A stretch of DNA of 64,000 bases, taken from contig OZ024740.1 of assembly GCA_964016885.1 (NCBI GenBank), positions 215,512,001 to 215,576,000 of the forward strand. The letters are read 5' to 3'. A model generated the notes under the pieces. The model was not told the origin of the DNA. It saw only the letters and a list, made by a program, of their open reading frames with translations, and did not search any database. The position numbers were made by a program, and so were the translations under genes. The DNA comes from Eledone cirrhosa (Eukaryota). Shown here piece by piece: positions 40,994 through 51,956 of this stretch. Numbering within the stretch: position 1 is the first letter of the stretch; the number at the start of each line of letters is the position of its first letter.

Positions 40994-43900
40994 ATGGCTA
41001 TGCTAAGAGTAGGCTGTTTAAATGCGCGTGGCCTGGGCTCAACTTGGAAGCAAGCAATGCTTCTAAATGACCTCAGGTCACAACGTATAGATGTGATGGT
41101 TATTTGCGAGGCCCGGATCAGCAACGTGCGACAGCTGGCCCCCACCTTTGATGACTTTGAGATGCACGCATCTCTCTGTCAGCCCGGAGGTGGGGGTGGA
41201 GTTGTCGTTCTGCTGCAAAAACATCTGGGTCTCGCAACACAGATGGTACATTTGGACCCGGAGGGTCGACTAGTGGTTCTGGACCTTGGCAGTGGTAAAG
41301 GCGGAGCGTTTAGGTTGGTAGCCGCCTACGGCCCTTTCGGGTCAATGCGGCCGGACTTCTTCCATCGTCTGGAGACTTTTCTGGGGACGTCCCGCTCCTT
41401 GCTATTAGTGGGGGACTGGAATGGTATCCTAGATGCACGCTGGGACTACGTAGGGGCCTGCCCCGATAGAGAGGGGTGTAATAGCCTCAAAGGGTTAATC
41501 GGTCGATTTGACCTGGCCGATAGATATCGACTAGATTTTCCGACTGCGCCAACCTGGACTTGGGCAAATCGTAGCGGATCATCTAGGTCGTACCTAGATA
41601 GGTTCTTAGTTAGAATTAAGGATAAGGACTTTTTAAGTTGTCCAAAAATGCGCATGGTTGGCTATTCAGACCACAAATTAGTGACCTGCATGGTCAACCT
41701 TGACAGAACTCATAGACAGGGCCCCGGTTACTGGAAGCTCAACTTGTCCTTGCCGGCAAGTAGAGCCTACAGGAATCGGATTAGTACGTTAGTTAAGGAA
41801 CGGTTGACTGGAGCGATCGTCAACAGCAGGTGGTGGGTATCTCTAAAGAGAGAGATTAGAGTAGTCTCGATAGAATTTAGTAAGGTTCTAGCTGCGGATA
41901 GGAATAGGAAGGAAAGGGAGCTAATAGATAGAGTAGAAGAGGCAATTAGAAGCGGCGACGTGGCCAGAGTGCTAGCGTCGAGAACGGCTTTGAGCCAGTT
42001 TTTCGACGCGAAGCACGAAGGCTGCGTTGTCCGAAGTAAAATACGTGCTCTAGGGAACGAGGGGACCAAAGCTGTTAGCTGGGCCCGCGTGACAGAGGCC
42101 AACAGTGGAACTAAATCCACCATCCGGTCTTTGCGAGACCTGGATGGACGGGCGATTCTTGAGCCTAAGCAGATGTGTGAGGCCTTTCAAAGGCACTTTG
42201 CCCGACTGTTCGGGAGGGGCGGGGAGCCGATTGGGAACGTGGACTTCGGTCCATACCTCGACGGCCTGCCGCGCCTCTCGGACAGGGAGGCGAAGTCCTG
42301 CGAGGAGCCGATTTCGGCCGCTGAGATAGAGGACGTGCTGAGCCAATGCGGCAAACGCAAATCCCCGGGTCTCGATGGTCTTCCTTACGAATTATATCTA
42401 GCTATGCCGGACTTGTTCCCCGATCTCCTCGAGGCGGTCTACTGCAACTGGCAACAGAATGGGAGAATTCCCTGTACTGTGACCAAGGGCGTAGTCACGC
42501 TAGTGAGGAAGGACGAGAACAAGGGGGACGAAATAAGTAACTTCAGGCCCATAACTCTGCTAAATACAGAGTTACAGATTTTGGCCAAGGTGCTAGCAAA
42601 GAGGTTGGCGCTTGTCGTGGGCAACCTGGTGGGAGATGCGCAGACATGCGCTATCCCGTCCAGGTCCATCCATGACAACCTCCACCTCATGCGATACATC
42701 ATAGAGAGGGTTGGGAACGAACCCGGCTTTGGTGGGGCTCTGATCAACTTGGATCAATCTAAGGCGTTCGATAGGGTCGACCATGGTTACCTGGATGCGG
42801 TGCTAGCGGCGGCAGGCTTCGGACCCGTTTTCAGGGGCTGGATCACTGCTATGCACAGCAGCCGCATCTGCTCTAGGGTCAAGGTGAACGGCTACCTCTC
42901 GGAGCCGTTCAAAATCGCGCGGTCCATCCGACAGGGGTGCCCTCTCTCCTCCCTTCTGTATGTGTTGACTCTCGAGCCACTACTGCGGAAGTTGGAGTTG
43001 TTGCAGGGCATCCCTTTGGAACCGGGATTGCGGAAAGCGGTGTCGGCCTACGCCGATGACGTGACAGTAATGGTGTCGACGGCCTCCGAAATCGAGGCGG
43101 TCGGCACCTTACTGGAGGAGTACGAAAAGTTCACAGGGGCTAAGCTGAACCGGGACAAGTCGATCGGTTTGCAACTCGGCACGTGGAGGGGCAGACCGAT
43201 GCCCTCCGATGGCGTCGTCGGACGCTGGACGGAGGGCCCGGTGAAGTTGCTCGGGGTCTGGTTCGGACCGGACCTCCAGGTGGAGAAAAACTGGGCGGAG
43301 GTTACGAACAGGGTGTTTGCACTGACCCAGAAGTGGGCCAGTTGCAAACTATCCCTGAAAGGTCGGGCGGAGGTGGCGAACACCTACATAGCGTCCGTCA
43401 TCTACTACCGCCTGACCGTAGTGCCCTGCCCAAGGGAAACCCTCACCAAGATGGAGCGCGCGCTCTTCCAATTCCTTTGGAAGAGGCGGGCTCCTATGGT
43501 GAGGAGATCCATCTGCTGTCAACACCCTTCGAAAGGAGGGCTGGGGATGCCGAGGCTAATGATGCGTAAACACGCATTAAGGCTACGGCACCTCTACGTA
43601 TTCCTCACCGGACAACCGGTGTGGGCCTCGTTTGTGAGGCGAACCTTTCCCAGACTCGTCTCACTCACCGAGCTGCAATCCTGGGTCAAGCAAAGACCGA
43701 GAAAACTGGGCGCCTGGCACACTGAGTGTGCCCAGGCGCTCACCGCCCTCTGGCAGGCGGATCCGGTTATCAGTGGAGACTCCACCGCAACATTCTATAG
43801 AGGGCTGGTACGCAGCAGGTGCGACGACGCCCTCGGAGAAGCCCTAGACATGGAGGAGGACGAACTGGCCAGCCTGTTCGGTAGGACATTCAGCCCGGGA

Positions 43901-44431
43901 CCTATGGACAACTTCCAGAAGTCCCTGGCCTGGCAGTGCTACCGAGGGGCTTTACCCGTTCGAGAAAGGCTCTACAGACACGGGCGCCCGGGTAGGGACC
44001 CCGCCAAAAAGATCTGTCCCAGATGCGTGTGCGACGAGGAAACCGTTGCACACGCATTGGTACACTGCTCGGGCGTAGCCGATCTGTGGGGCTATGTCGA
44101 ACAACTGCTGTCAAGGGTGGAACCGATCCGGTTGACCACCGAGTCTATTGTAATGATCAAGCCGCCTCCCCCCTTCAAAGATGAAGCAGAGGCGGTGTTT
44201 CTGTGCGTAATAGCCATGGCGAAAGAGGTTGTATGGTGGACGCGTCTGAAAGGACTGAGGTCAGGCACCTTTCTCTCTGGCCAACAACTGGTCCGTTTCT
44301 TCCGATATCATTTCGGAAGAAGGATCAGGATGGAGAGAGAGGTGCTGCACCCCAGCCGTTTCTATGAAAGATGGGTGAAAGTGGCGAGAATGGCCCGTGT
44401 GAATGGGCCTTCACTCTACATCAGACTATAG
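40994..44431 (+). CDS. Tx1 ORF2: AP endonuclease, reverse transcriptase, C-terminal CCHC
   Basis: LNARG, GDWN, YLDRF, SDH; KSPGLDG, FRPITLLN, KAFDRV, RQGCPLS, YADD; CPRC..ETVAHALVHC; uninterrupted frame. Confidence 0.97.
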   Translation: MAMLRVGCLNARGLGSTWKQAMLLNDLRSQRIDVMVICEARISNVRQLAPTFDDFEMHASLCQPGGGGGVVVLLQKHLGLATQMVHLDPEGRLVVLDLGSGKGGAFRLVAAYGPFGSMRPDFFHRLETFLGTSRSLLLVGDWNGILDARWDYVGACPDREGCNSLKGLIGRFDLADRYRLDFPTAPTWTWANRSGSSRSYLDRFLVRIKDKDFLSCPKMRMVGYSDHKLVTCMVNLDRTHRQGPGYWKLNLSLPASRAYRNRISTLVKERLTGAIVNSRWWVSLKREIRVVSIEFSKVLAADRNRKERELIDRVEEAIRSGDVARVLASRTALSQFFDAKHEGCVVRSKIRALGNEGTKAVSWARVTEANSGTKSTIRSLRDLDGRAILEPKQMCEAFQRHFARLFGRGGEPIGNVDFGPYLDGLPRLSDREAKSCEEPISAAEIEDVLSQCGKRKSPGLDGLPYELYLAMPDLFPDLLEAVYCNWQQNGRIPCTVTKGVVTLVRKDENKGDEISNFRPITLLNTELQILAKVLAKRLALVVGNLVGDAQTCAIPSRSIHDNLHLMRYIIERVGNEPGFGGALINLDQSKAFDRVDHGYLDAVLAAAGFGPVFRGWITAMHSSRICSRVKVNGYLSEPFKIARSIRQGCPLSSLLYVLTLEPLLRKLELLQGIPLEPGLRKAVSAYADDVTVMVSTASEIEAVGTLLEEYEKFTGAKLNRDKSIGLQLGTWRGRPMPSDGVVGRWTEGPVKLLGVWFGPDLQVEKNWAEVTNRVFALTQKWASCKLSLKGRAEVANTYIASVIYYRLTVVPCPRETLTKMERALFQFLWKRRAPMVRRSICCQHPSKGGLGMPRLMMRKHALRLRHLYVFLTGQPVWASFVRRTFPRLVSLTELQSWVKQRPRKLGAWHTECAQALTALWQADPVISGDSTATFYRGLVRSRCDDALGEALDMEEDELASLFGRTFSPGPMDNFQKSLAWQCYRGALPVRERLYRHGRPGRDPAKKICPRCVCDEETVAHALVHCSGVADLWGYVEQLLSRVEPIRLTTESIVMIKPPPPFKDEAEAVFLCVIAMAKEVVWWTRLKGLRSGTFLSGQQLVRFFRYHFGRRIRMEREVLHPSRFYERWVKVARMARVNGPSLYIRL

Positions 44432-44712
44432 GTGAGGAAGATGAAAGACCAAGGGAGCACCCCTTCTCTGTGCTCCTGAGGAGAAGGGTTGCACACTTTT
44501 TTCGGGGGTGTGTGCGACCCCCCAAGGCGCCTCCTCTCTATTGAGGATTTTGTTAAAAATTTTATTTTTTGTTATATCTTATTTTATTTTTATATTTTGT
44601 TATTGCCTCCTCCTTATTGAGGACGCCTTTTTGTGTAAACTCCCCCCTTTGTACTTGTCCCACTTTTGATGCCCTAGTGGCAAATAAAAGAAATATATCT
44701 ATCTATCTATCT

Positions 44713-45030
44713 AAGTTTTATGAAAGGTGGGTGAAAGTGGCGAGAATGGCCCGAGTGAATGGGCCTTCTCTCTATATCAGCCTGTAGGTTGAGGAAAAGG
44801 AGGAGGAGAGGAAAGGAGTACAAACTCTTCGTACTCCTGGAGATGAGGGTTGCACATTTTTTTCGGGGGTATGTGTTACCCATATAAACTGTCTCCCTCT
44901 ATTGGGGAAAATCGACTAACTTTTTAAATTCCATTTGTGATAACATTTTACACGTTTTTATTGTATCTAAACTTCCTCCTTTGTATTTGTCCCCTTCTTT
45001 TGTGCCCCTGTGGCTAATAAAGAAATATAT
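44713..45030 (+). mobile_element. Short 5'-truncated Tx1 3' end in tandem
   Basis: KFYERWVKVARMARVNGPSLYISL* + 3' UTR; ATCT repeats on both sides. Confidence 0.9.
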
Positions 45031-45170
45031 CTATATAACTATATATATATATCTATCTATCTACCTATCTGTCTATCTATCTGTATCGATCTGTCTATCT
45101 ATCTATCTATCTAACTATATATATATCCATCTATCTATCTACCTATCTATCTATCTGTATCGATCTCTCT

Positions 45171-45665
45171 AAACGAAGGAGAGGCGGTTTTCCTTTGTGT
45201 GATAGCTATGGCGAAAGAGGTTGTATGGTGGACAAGGTTGAAAGGGCTGAGGTCAGACACCTTTCTCTCCGGCCAACAACTGATTCTTTTTTTCAAATAC
45301 CACTTTGGAAGAAGAATCAGGATTGAGAGAGAGGTGCTGTACCCCAGCAAGTTTTATGAAAGGTGGGTGAAAGTGGCGAGAATGGCCCGAGTGAATGGGC
45401 CTTCTCTCTATATCAGCCTGTAGGTTGAGGAAAAGGAGGAGGAGAGGAAAGGAGTACAAACTCTTCGTACTCCTGGAGATGAGGGTTGCACATTTTTTCG
45501 GGGGTATGTGTTACCCATATAAACTGTCTCCCCCTATTGGGGAAAATCGACTAACTTTTTAAATTGCATTAGTGATAACATTTTACACGTTTTTATTGTA
45601 TGTAAACTTCCCCCTTTGTATTTGTCCCCTTCTTTTGTGCCCATGTGGCTAATAAAGAAACATAT
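45171..45665 (+). mobile_element. Short 5'-truncated Tx1 3' end in tandem
   Basis: EAVFLCVIAMAKEVVWWTR...SLYISL* + 3' UTR; ATCT repeats on both sides. Confidence 0.9.
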
Positions 45666-45857
45666 CTATCTATCTGTATCTATCTATCTCTTCAAAATCC
45701 CGTCCAACAATAGGGTTCCAACAATAGGGGAAGTAAGACCTCAATGCAATGAGTGGACCTTGCACAATAGGAGATAAACGCCAGGAAAGAAATATAGGGT
45801 AAAGAACGAGCAAACCATCAACATGACGAGTCTTCAATCATCGTACAATCTCCATGT

Positions 45858-46200
45858 GGGAGGAAGTAAATTAACAGAGTCGTTAGAACGTCGGATAGAA
45901 TACTTTGCAGTATTCGTTCTGACTCTCTGCTCTCCGGGTTTAAATCCCACCGAGGTCAACTTAGCTCTTTATTTATTTAAAGTCGATAAAAATATACCAG
46001 ACTAATACTGGGGTCGATTCTTCCTCTATATATCTTTCACACTTCCTTTCTCTCACTCTCTATCCTCCTCTTGAATAAATCCGCTGCATTCAGAGCTGGA
46101 GAGAAAATGGGTTTCGCCAAATTATAAAATGCCCCAGAAACGTTGTATGTCAATATGGTGCCTCTACAAATACATCAGGAGTTACAGGACCATATATAGA
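45858..46200 (+). mobile_element. SINE variant with distinct 3' tail
   Basis: Homologous to 37205-37537. Confidence 0.7.
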
Positions 46201-46384
46201 TACTACATGTAGTAAGATGGCAATACATTGCAACCCTCCACCGGTTTTGCATTGTGTTCTTAGTTAAACTCTTGGAATTCTTACTTATTCATAAGGTACC
46301 ACAAAAGAGATACAGCTGACGATTGTGGCACTGTAATGAATGAAGTGGACACAAATTTTAAATGGGTTTAGCTTGGAGATGCCC

Positions 46385-46415
<31 letters not shown>

Positions 46416-46924
46416 ATACTCCCAGACATTTAATGATGAATAGATGAATATATCTGATTAGGAAACATTAATCTAGTAACTGTATTTAATTATAATTACA
46501 AGACATGAGATAAAAATATTTATTGAATGATTAATATATAAAGAGAATATTTCCGCATGATTTCATAACATAGGCCTGGTATAGAGAGTTACCTCGTAAT
46601 TTGTTGTATATTGTGTGAGACTGTAACAGAATTGGTTCAATGTCAAACAGAAATCCTCTGGGTGACAATTGGAGAATTTATTGAAGTTGGTCTGTCATTG
46701 ACAAAACCGAATACTAACTCCTATAAATCAAATGTAAGACGGAATGAAACGATGCAAGCGGAACAAACAAACAATATTTGATCTTTAGCCATCCGTTCCA
46801 GACGCAGACATCCAAAACGTCTCTTAGTTTTAAAGATGACAACTGTAACGTTCAGAATATATCACAGTAGTTAAGATAAAAATATTACAGCCATTGTTCG
46901 GGAAATAAACAACAATATAATAGG

Positions 46925-47100
46925 AGGCTGTTGCAGCGGGTATCGCTGGCCATTGTCCACGGGAATGCTTTTGCGGTCTTGTCCGCGGGGTGCAGCCCCT
47001 TTACCACCATACCCTAGGCCCAAACTCAATCACCCCTCCCCATTCTTCTGTGATACTAGAGTCCTTGCCATTCCCTCCCTTTATATTTTCCTATTATTAT
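46925..47100 (+). mobile_element. Tiny 5'-truncated CRE-like insertion with 10-bp target-site duplication
   Basis: RLLQRVSLAIVHGNAFAVLSAG matches the C-terminus at about 13330-13405; ATATAATAGG at 46915-46924 and 47101-47110. Confidence 0.72.
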
Positions 47101-47136
47101 ATATAATAGGTCAACAGCGAGGCAAAATATATTCCT

Positions 47137-47554
47137 CAGGAGTGGGGAACCTGCGGCCTTTTAAAAGAATGCAACAGAAGCTATTCCTTCAGCAACATTG
47201 CTTTTCAACCACCTATTTCTGCGAATTTACATTCTCCTACCTAACTAAAGCCGAGAAACCTCTGAGATCACAGATGCTCATCTAGAGGTACAGTTGAAAC
47301 TTCAGACCACCATGTTCCAACCAAATATCAAAATGCTTTCCTACAACAAGCAGTTACAACAAAGTCATTAAAAGGAAGTTAGCTTAAAAATTCATTTTTG
47401 TTTCGTTTTTTAGATAATTAGTAAATAGTAATTCATTTTTTACAAAATAACGTAGATTTTAAGAATACATAATTATAGTTTCTTGAATGTGGCCTTATTA
47501 TATTACAAGTAACTTAATGTGATCTTTCAACATAAGAATATTCCCCACCTACTG
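47137..47554 (+). mobile_element. Internally deleted hAT (Charlie/Spin-like) DNA transposon
   Basis: Termini CAGGAGTGGGGAA / TTCCCCACCTACTG; remnant FSTTYFCEFTFS...TDAHLEVQLKLQTT...QQSH* of a hAT dimerisation domain; no clear TSD. Confidence 0.7.
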
Positions 47555-47920
47555 CCCAGGGACGAATAAGATGACACGATGCAATAATTGTTATATATAT
47601 CACATTTACATAGATGTCATTTGGTAAAATAGGGAGAAGCAGGAAAGGTCCGCAAGAAATAATTCTAAAGTAAATAGAATTGGTCAGACAAATGAAGTTA
47701 ACCGTGAAAGTGATCCTTAGTTTCGGGATACAGACAGTTCATCAAGGAAAAGTGTAGTCCTGTATGTTAAAGTTGAAATGTATACAAGTGCTATGATAGT
47801 CGTAATGCAGTTGGTGGAACTAAAGGTCTTACCGAGGGTTCGAACTGACTGTTGAACGTCATGAATGTTAGGAAAGCACATGTAAAAATATCTGACTATA
47901 ACAGAGATTGAATCGCAGCG

Positions 47921-50517
47921 TGGAAACTTAATAGAGAGGTGTAAGGTGGTAACTTAATAGAGAGGTGTAGGGTGGAAATTTGATAGAGAGGTGTAAGGTG
48001 GTAACTTAATAGAGAGGGGTAAGGTGGTAACTTGATAGAGAGGGGTAAGGTGGTAACTTGATAGAGAGGGGTAAGGTGGTAACTTAATAGAGAGGTGTAA
48101 GGTGGAAATTTGATAGAGAGGTGTAAGGTGGTAACTTAATAGAGAGGTGTAAGGTGGTAACTTGATAGAGAGGGGTAAGGTGGTAACTTGATAGAGAGGA
48201 GTAAGGTGGTAACTTAATAGAGAGGTGTAAGGTGGAAATTTGATAGAGAGGTGTAAGGTGGAAACTTGATAGAGGGGTGTAAGGTGGAAACTTAATAGAG
48301 AGGTCTAAGGTGGTAACTTGATAGAGAGGGGTAAGGTGGTAACTTAATAGAGCGGTATTAGGTAGTAACTTGATAGAGAGGTATTAGGTGGAAACTTGAT
48401 AGAGAGGTGTAAGGTGGTAACTTAACAGAGAGGTGTTAGGTGGTAACTTAATAGAGAGGTATTAGGTGGTAACTTAATAGAGAGGTGTTAGGTGGTAACT
48501 TGATAGAGAGGGGTAAGGTGGTAACTTAATAGAGAGGTGTTAGGTGGTAACTTGATAGAGATGTGTAAGGTGCTAACTTAATAGAGAGGTGTAAGGTGGT
48601 AACTTAATAGAGAGGTGTTAGGTGGTAACTTAATAGAGAGGTGTAAGGTGGTAACTTAATAGAGAGGTGTTAGGTGGTAACTTAATAGAGAGGTGTAAGG
48701 TGCTAACTTAATAGATAGGTGTAAGGTGGTAACTTGATAGAGAGGTGTAAGATGGTAACTTGATAGAGAGGTGTAAGGTGGTAACTTAATAGAGAGGTGT
48801 AAGGTGGTAACTTGATAGAGAGGTGTAAGGTGGTAACTTAATAGAGAGGTGTAAGATGGTAACTTGATAGAGAGATGTAAGATGATAACTTGATAGAGAG
48901 GTGTAAGGTGGAAACTTAATAGAGAGGTGTAAGGTGGTAACTTGATAGAGAGGTGTAAGGTGGTAACTTGATAGAGAGGTGTAAGGTGGTAACTTAATAG
49001 AGAGGTGTTAGGTGGTAACTTGATAGAGACGTGTAAGGTGGAAACTTAATAGAGAGGTATTAGGTGGTAACTTGATAGAGAGGTGTTGGGTGGTAACTTG
49101 ATAGAGAGGTGTAAGGTAGTAACTTGATAGAGAGGTGTTAGGTGGAAACTTAATAAAGAGGTGTTAGGTGGTAACTTAATAGAGAGGTGTAAGGTGGTAA
49201 CTTGATAGAGAGGTGTAAGGTGGAAACTTAATAGAGAGGTGTTAGGTGGTAACTTAATAGAGAGGTGTAAGGTGGTAACTTGATAGAGAGGTGTAAGATG
49301 GTAACTTGATAGAGAGGTGTAAGGTAGTAACTTGATAGAGAGGTGTTAGGTGGAAACTTAATAGAGAGGTGTTAGGTGGTAACTTAATAGAGAGGTGTAA
49401 GGTGGTAACTTGATAGAGAGGTGTAAGGTGGAAACTTAATAGAGAGGTGTAAGATGGTAACTTGATAGAGAGGTGTAAGCTGGTAACTTGATAGAGAGGT
49501 GTAAGGTGGTAACTTGATAGAGAGGTGTAAGATGGAAACTTGATAGAGAGGTATAAGGTGGTAACTTGATAGAGAGGTGTAAGATGGAAACTTAATAGAG
49601 AGGTGTAAGGTAGTAACTTGATAGAGAGGTATTAGGTGGTAACTTGATAGAGAGATGTAAGGTGGAAACTTGATAGAGAGGTGTAAGGTGGAAACTTAAT
49701 AGAGAGGTGTAAGGTAGTAACTTGATAGAGAGGTGTAAGGTGGTAACTTAATAGAGAGGTGTAAGGTGGAAACTTAATAGAGAGGTGTAAGGTGGTAACT
49801 TAATAGAGAGGTATTAGGTGGTAACTTGATAGAGAGGTGTAAGGTGGTAACTTGATAGAGAGCTGTAAGGTGGTAACTTAATAGCGAGGTGTAAGGTGGT
49901 AACTTAATAGAGAGGTATTAGGTGGAAACTTAATAGAGAAGTGTTAGGTGGAAACTTAATAGAGAGGTGTAAGGTGGTAACTTTATAGAGAGGTGTAAGG
50001 TGGTAACTTAATAGAGAGGTGTAAGGTGGTAACTTAATAGAGAGGTGTAAGGTGGTAACTTAATAGAGAGGTGTAAGGTAGTAACTTAATAGAGAGGTGT
50101 AAGGTGGTAACTTGATAGAGAGGTGTAAGGTGGTAACTAAATAGCGAGGTGTAAGGTAGTAACTTAATAGAGAGGTGTAAGGTGGTAACTTGATAGAGAG
50201 CTGTAAGGTGGTAACTTGATAGAGAGCTGTAAGGTGGTAACTTAATAGCGAGGCGTAAGGTAGTAACTTGATAGAGAACTGTAAGGTGGTAACTTAATAG
50301 CGAGGTATAGGTGGTATCTTGATAGAGAGGTGTAAGGTGGTAACTAAATAGCCTGGTGTAAGGTGGTAACTTAATAGAGAGGTGTAAGGTGGTAACTTAA
50401 TAGAGAGGTGTAAGGTGGTAACTTAATAGAGAGGTATTAGGTGGTAACTTAATAGAGAGGTATTAGGTGGTAACTTAATAGAGAGGTGAAAGGTGGTAAC
50501 TAAATAGAGAGGTATTA
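47921..50517. repeat. 26-bp tandem satellite, about 100 units
   Basis: Unit AACTT(A/G)ATAGAGAGGTGTAAGGTGGT. Confidence 0.98.
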
Positions 50518-50602
50518 GGATGCTGAGGTGGTTGGTGGCTTAGATTCAAAAATGGAGCAACAAAATAATAAAAACAATAAAATAAAGTAACATCACTAAG
50601 TT

Positions 50603-50652
50603 AGAAGAAGAAGAAGAAGAAGAAGAAGAAGAAGAAGAAGAAGAAGAAGAAG

Positions 50653-50701
<49 letters not shown>

Positions 50702-50865
50702 CTAAAACATCGGCAAGCAGTAAGACCACAAGAACAAGAACAATATTAACAATAACAACAACAACATTTGGTAAGAGCTGCAACAGTTCTTTAGAATATA
50801 TTATTGCCTTCATCTTCCTCGTCATCATTAACAACAACAACAACAACTACTACTACTACTACCTA

Positions 50866-50906
<41 letters not shown>

Positions 50907-50930
50907 TACCTACACTACTACTACTACCTA

Positions 50931-50980
<50 letters not shown>

Positions 50981-51004
50981 TACCTACACTACTACTACTA
51001 CCTA

Positions 51005-51073
<69 letters not shown>

Positions 51074-51165
51074 CTACACTACTACTACTACTATTACTAC
51101 TACTACTACTACTACTACTACTCTACCTACACTACTACTACTACCTACACTACTACTACTACTAT

Positions 51166-51214
<49 letters not shown>

Positions 51215-51285
51215 GCTACTACTACTACTACTACTACTACCTACACTACTACTACTACTACTACTGCTACTACTACTACTACCTA

Positions 51286-51328
<43 letters not shown>

Positions 51329-51465
51329 GCTACTACTACTACTACTACTACTACTACCTACACTACTACTACTACTACCTACACTACTACTACTACTACT
51401 ACTGCTACTACTACTACTACCTACACTACTACTACTACTACTACTGCTACTACTGCTACTACCTA

Positions 51466-51536
<71 letters not shown>

Positions 51537-51559
51537 GCTACTACTACTACTACAACCTA

Positions 51560-51625
<66 letters not shown>

Positions 51626-51711
51626 CTACACTACTACTACTACTACTACCTACACTACTACTACTACTACTACCTACACTACTACTACTACTACTACTAC
51701 TACCTACACTA

Positions 51712-51743
<32 letters not shown>

Positions 51744-51775
51744 CCTACTGCTGCTGCTGGTGCTGTTGGTGCTGC
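50603..51775. repeat. (GAA)n, (CAA)n, long (CTA)n and (CTG)n microsatellites
   Basis: Seen directly in sequence. Confidence 0.97.
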
Positions 51776-51956
51776 TAGAGCTGTTATTATATAAATCCAA
51801 ATGTAAACACCTTCACTACTAAAGTATATTATAATAATGGTTCTATTATATTGCAGTGGAAACAGATGTGAAATCCAGTGAAACACGGAAACCATCGATT
51901 ATCGTTGAAATCTACACTTGTGTTAGATTTACTTGTGTTAGATTTACTTGTGTGGT

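Larger units (their letters stand above)
39521..44695 (+). mobile_element. Tx1-clade LINE, 5'-truncated within ORF1, intact ORF2, flanked by (ATCT)n
   Basis: ORF1 + ORF2 + 3' UTR ending AATAAAAGAAATAT(ATCT)n; (TATC)n at 39482-39520. Confidence 0.95.
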
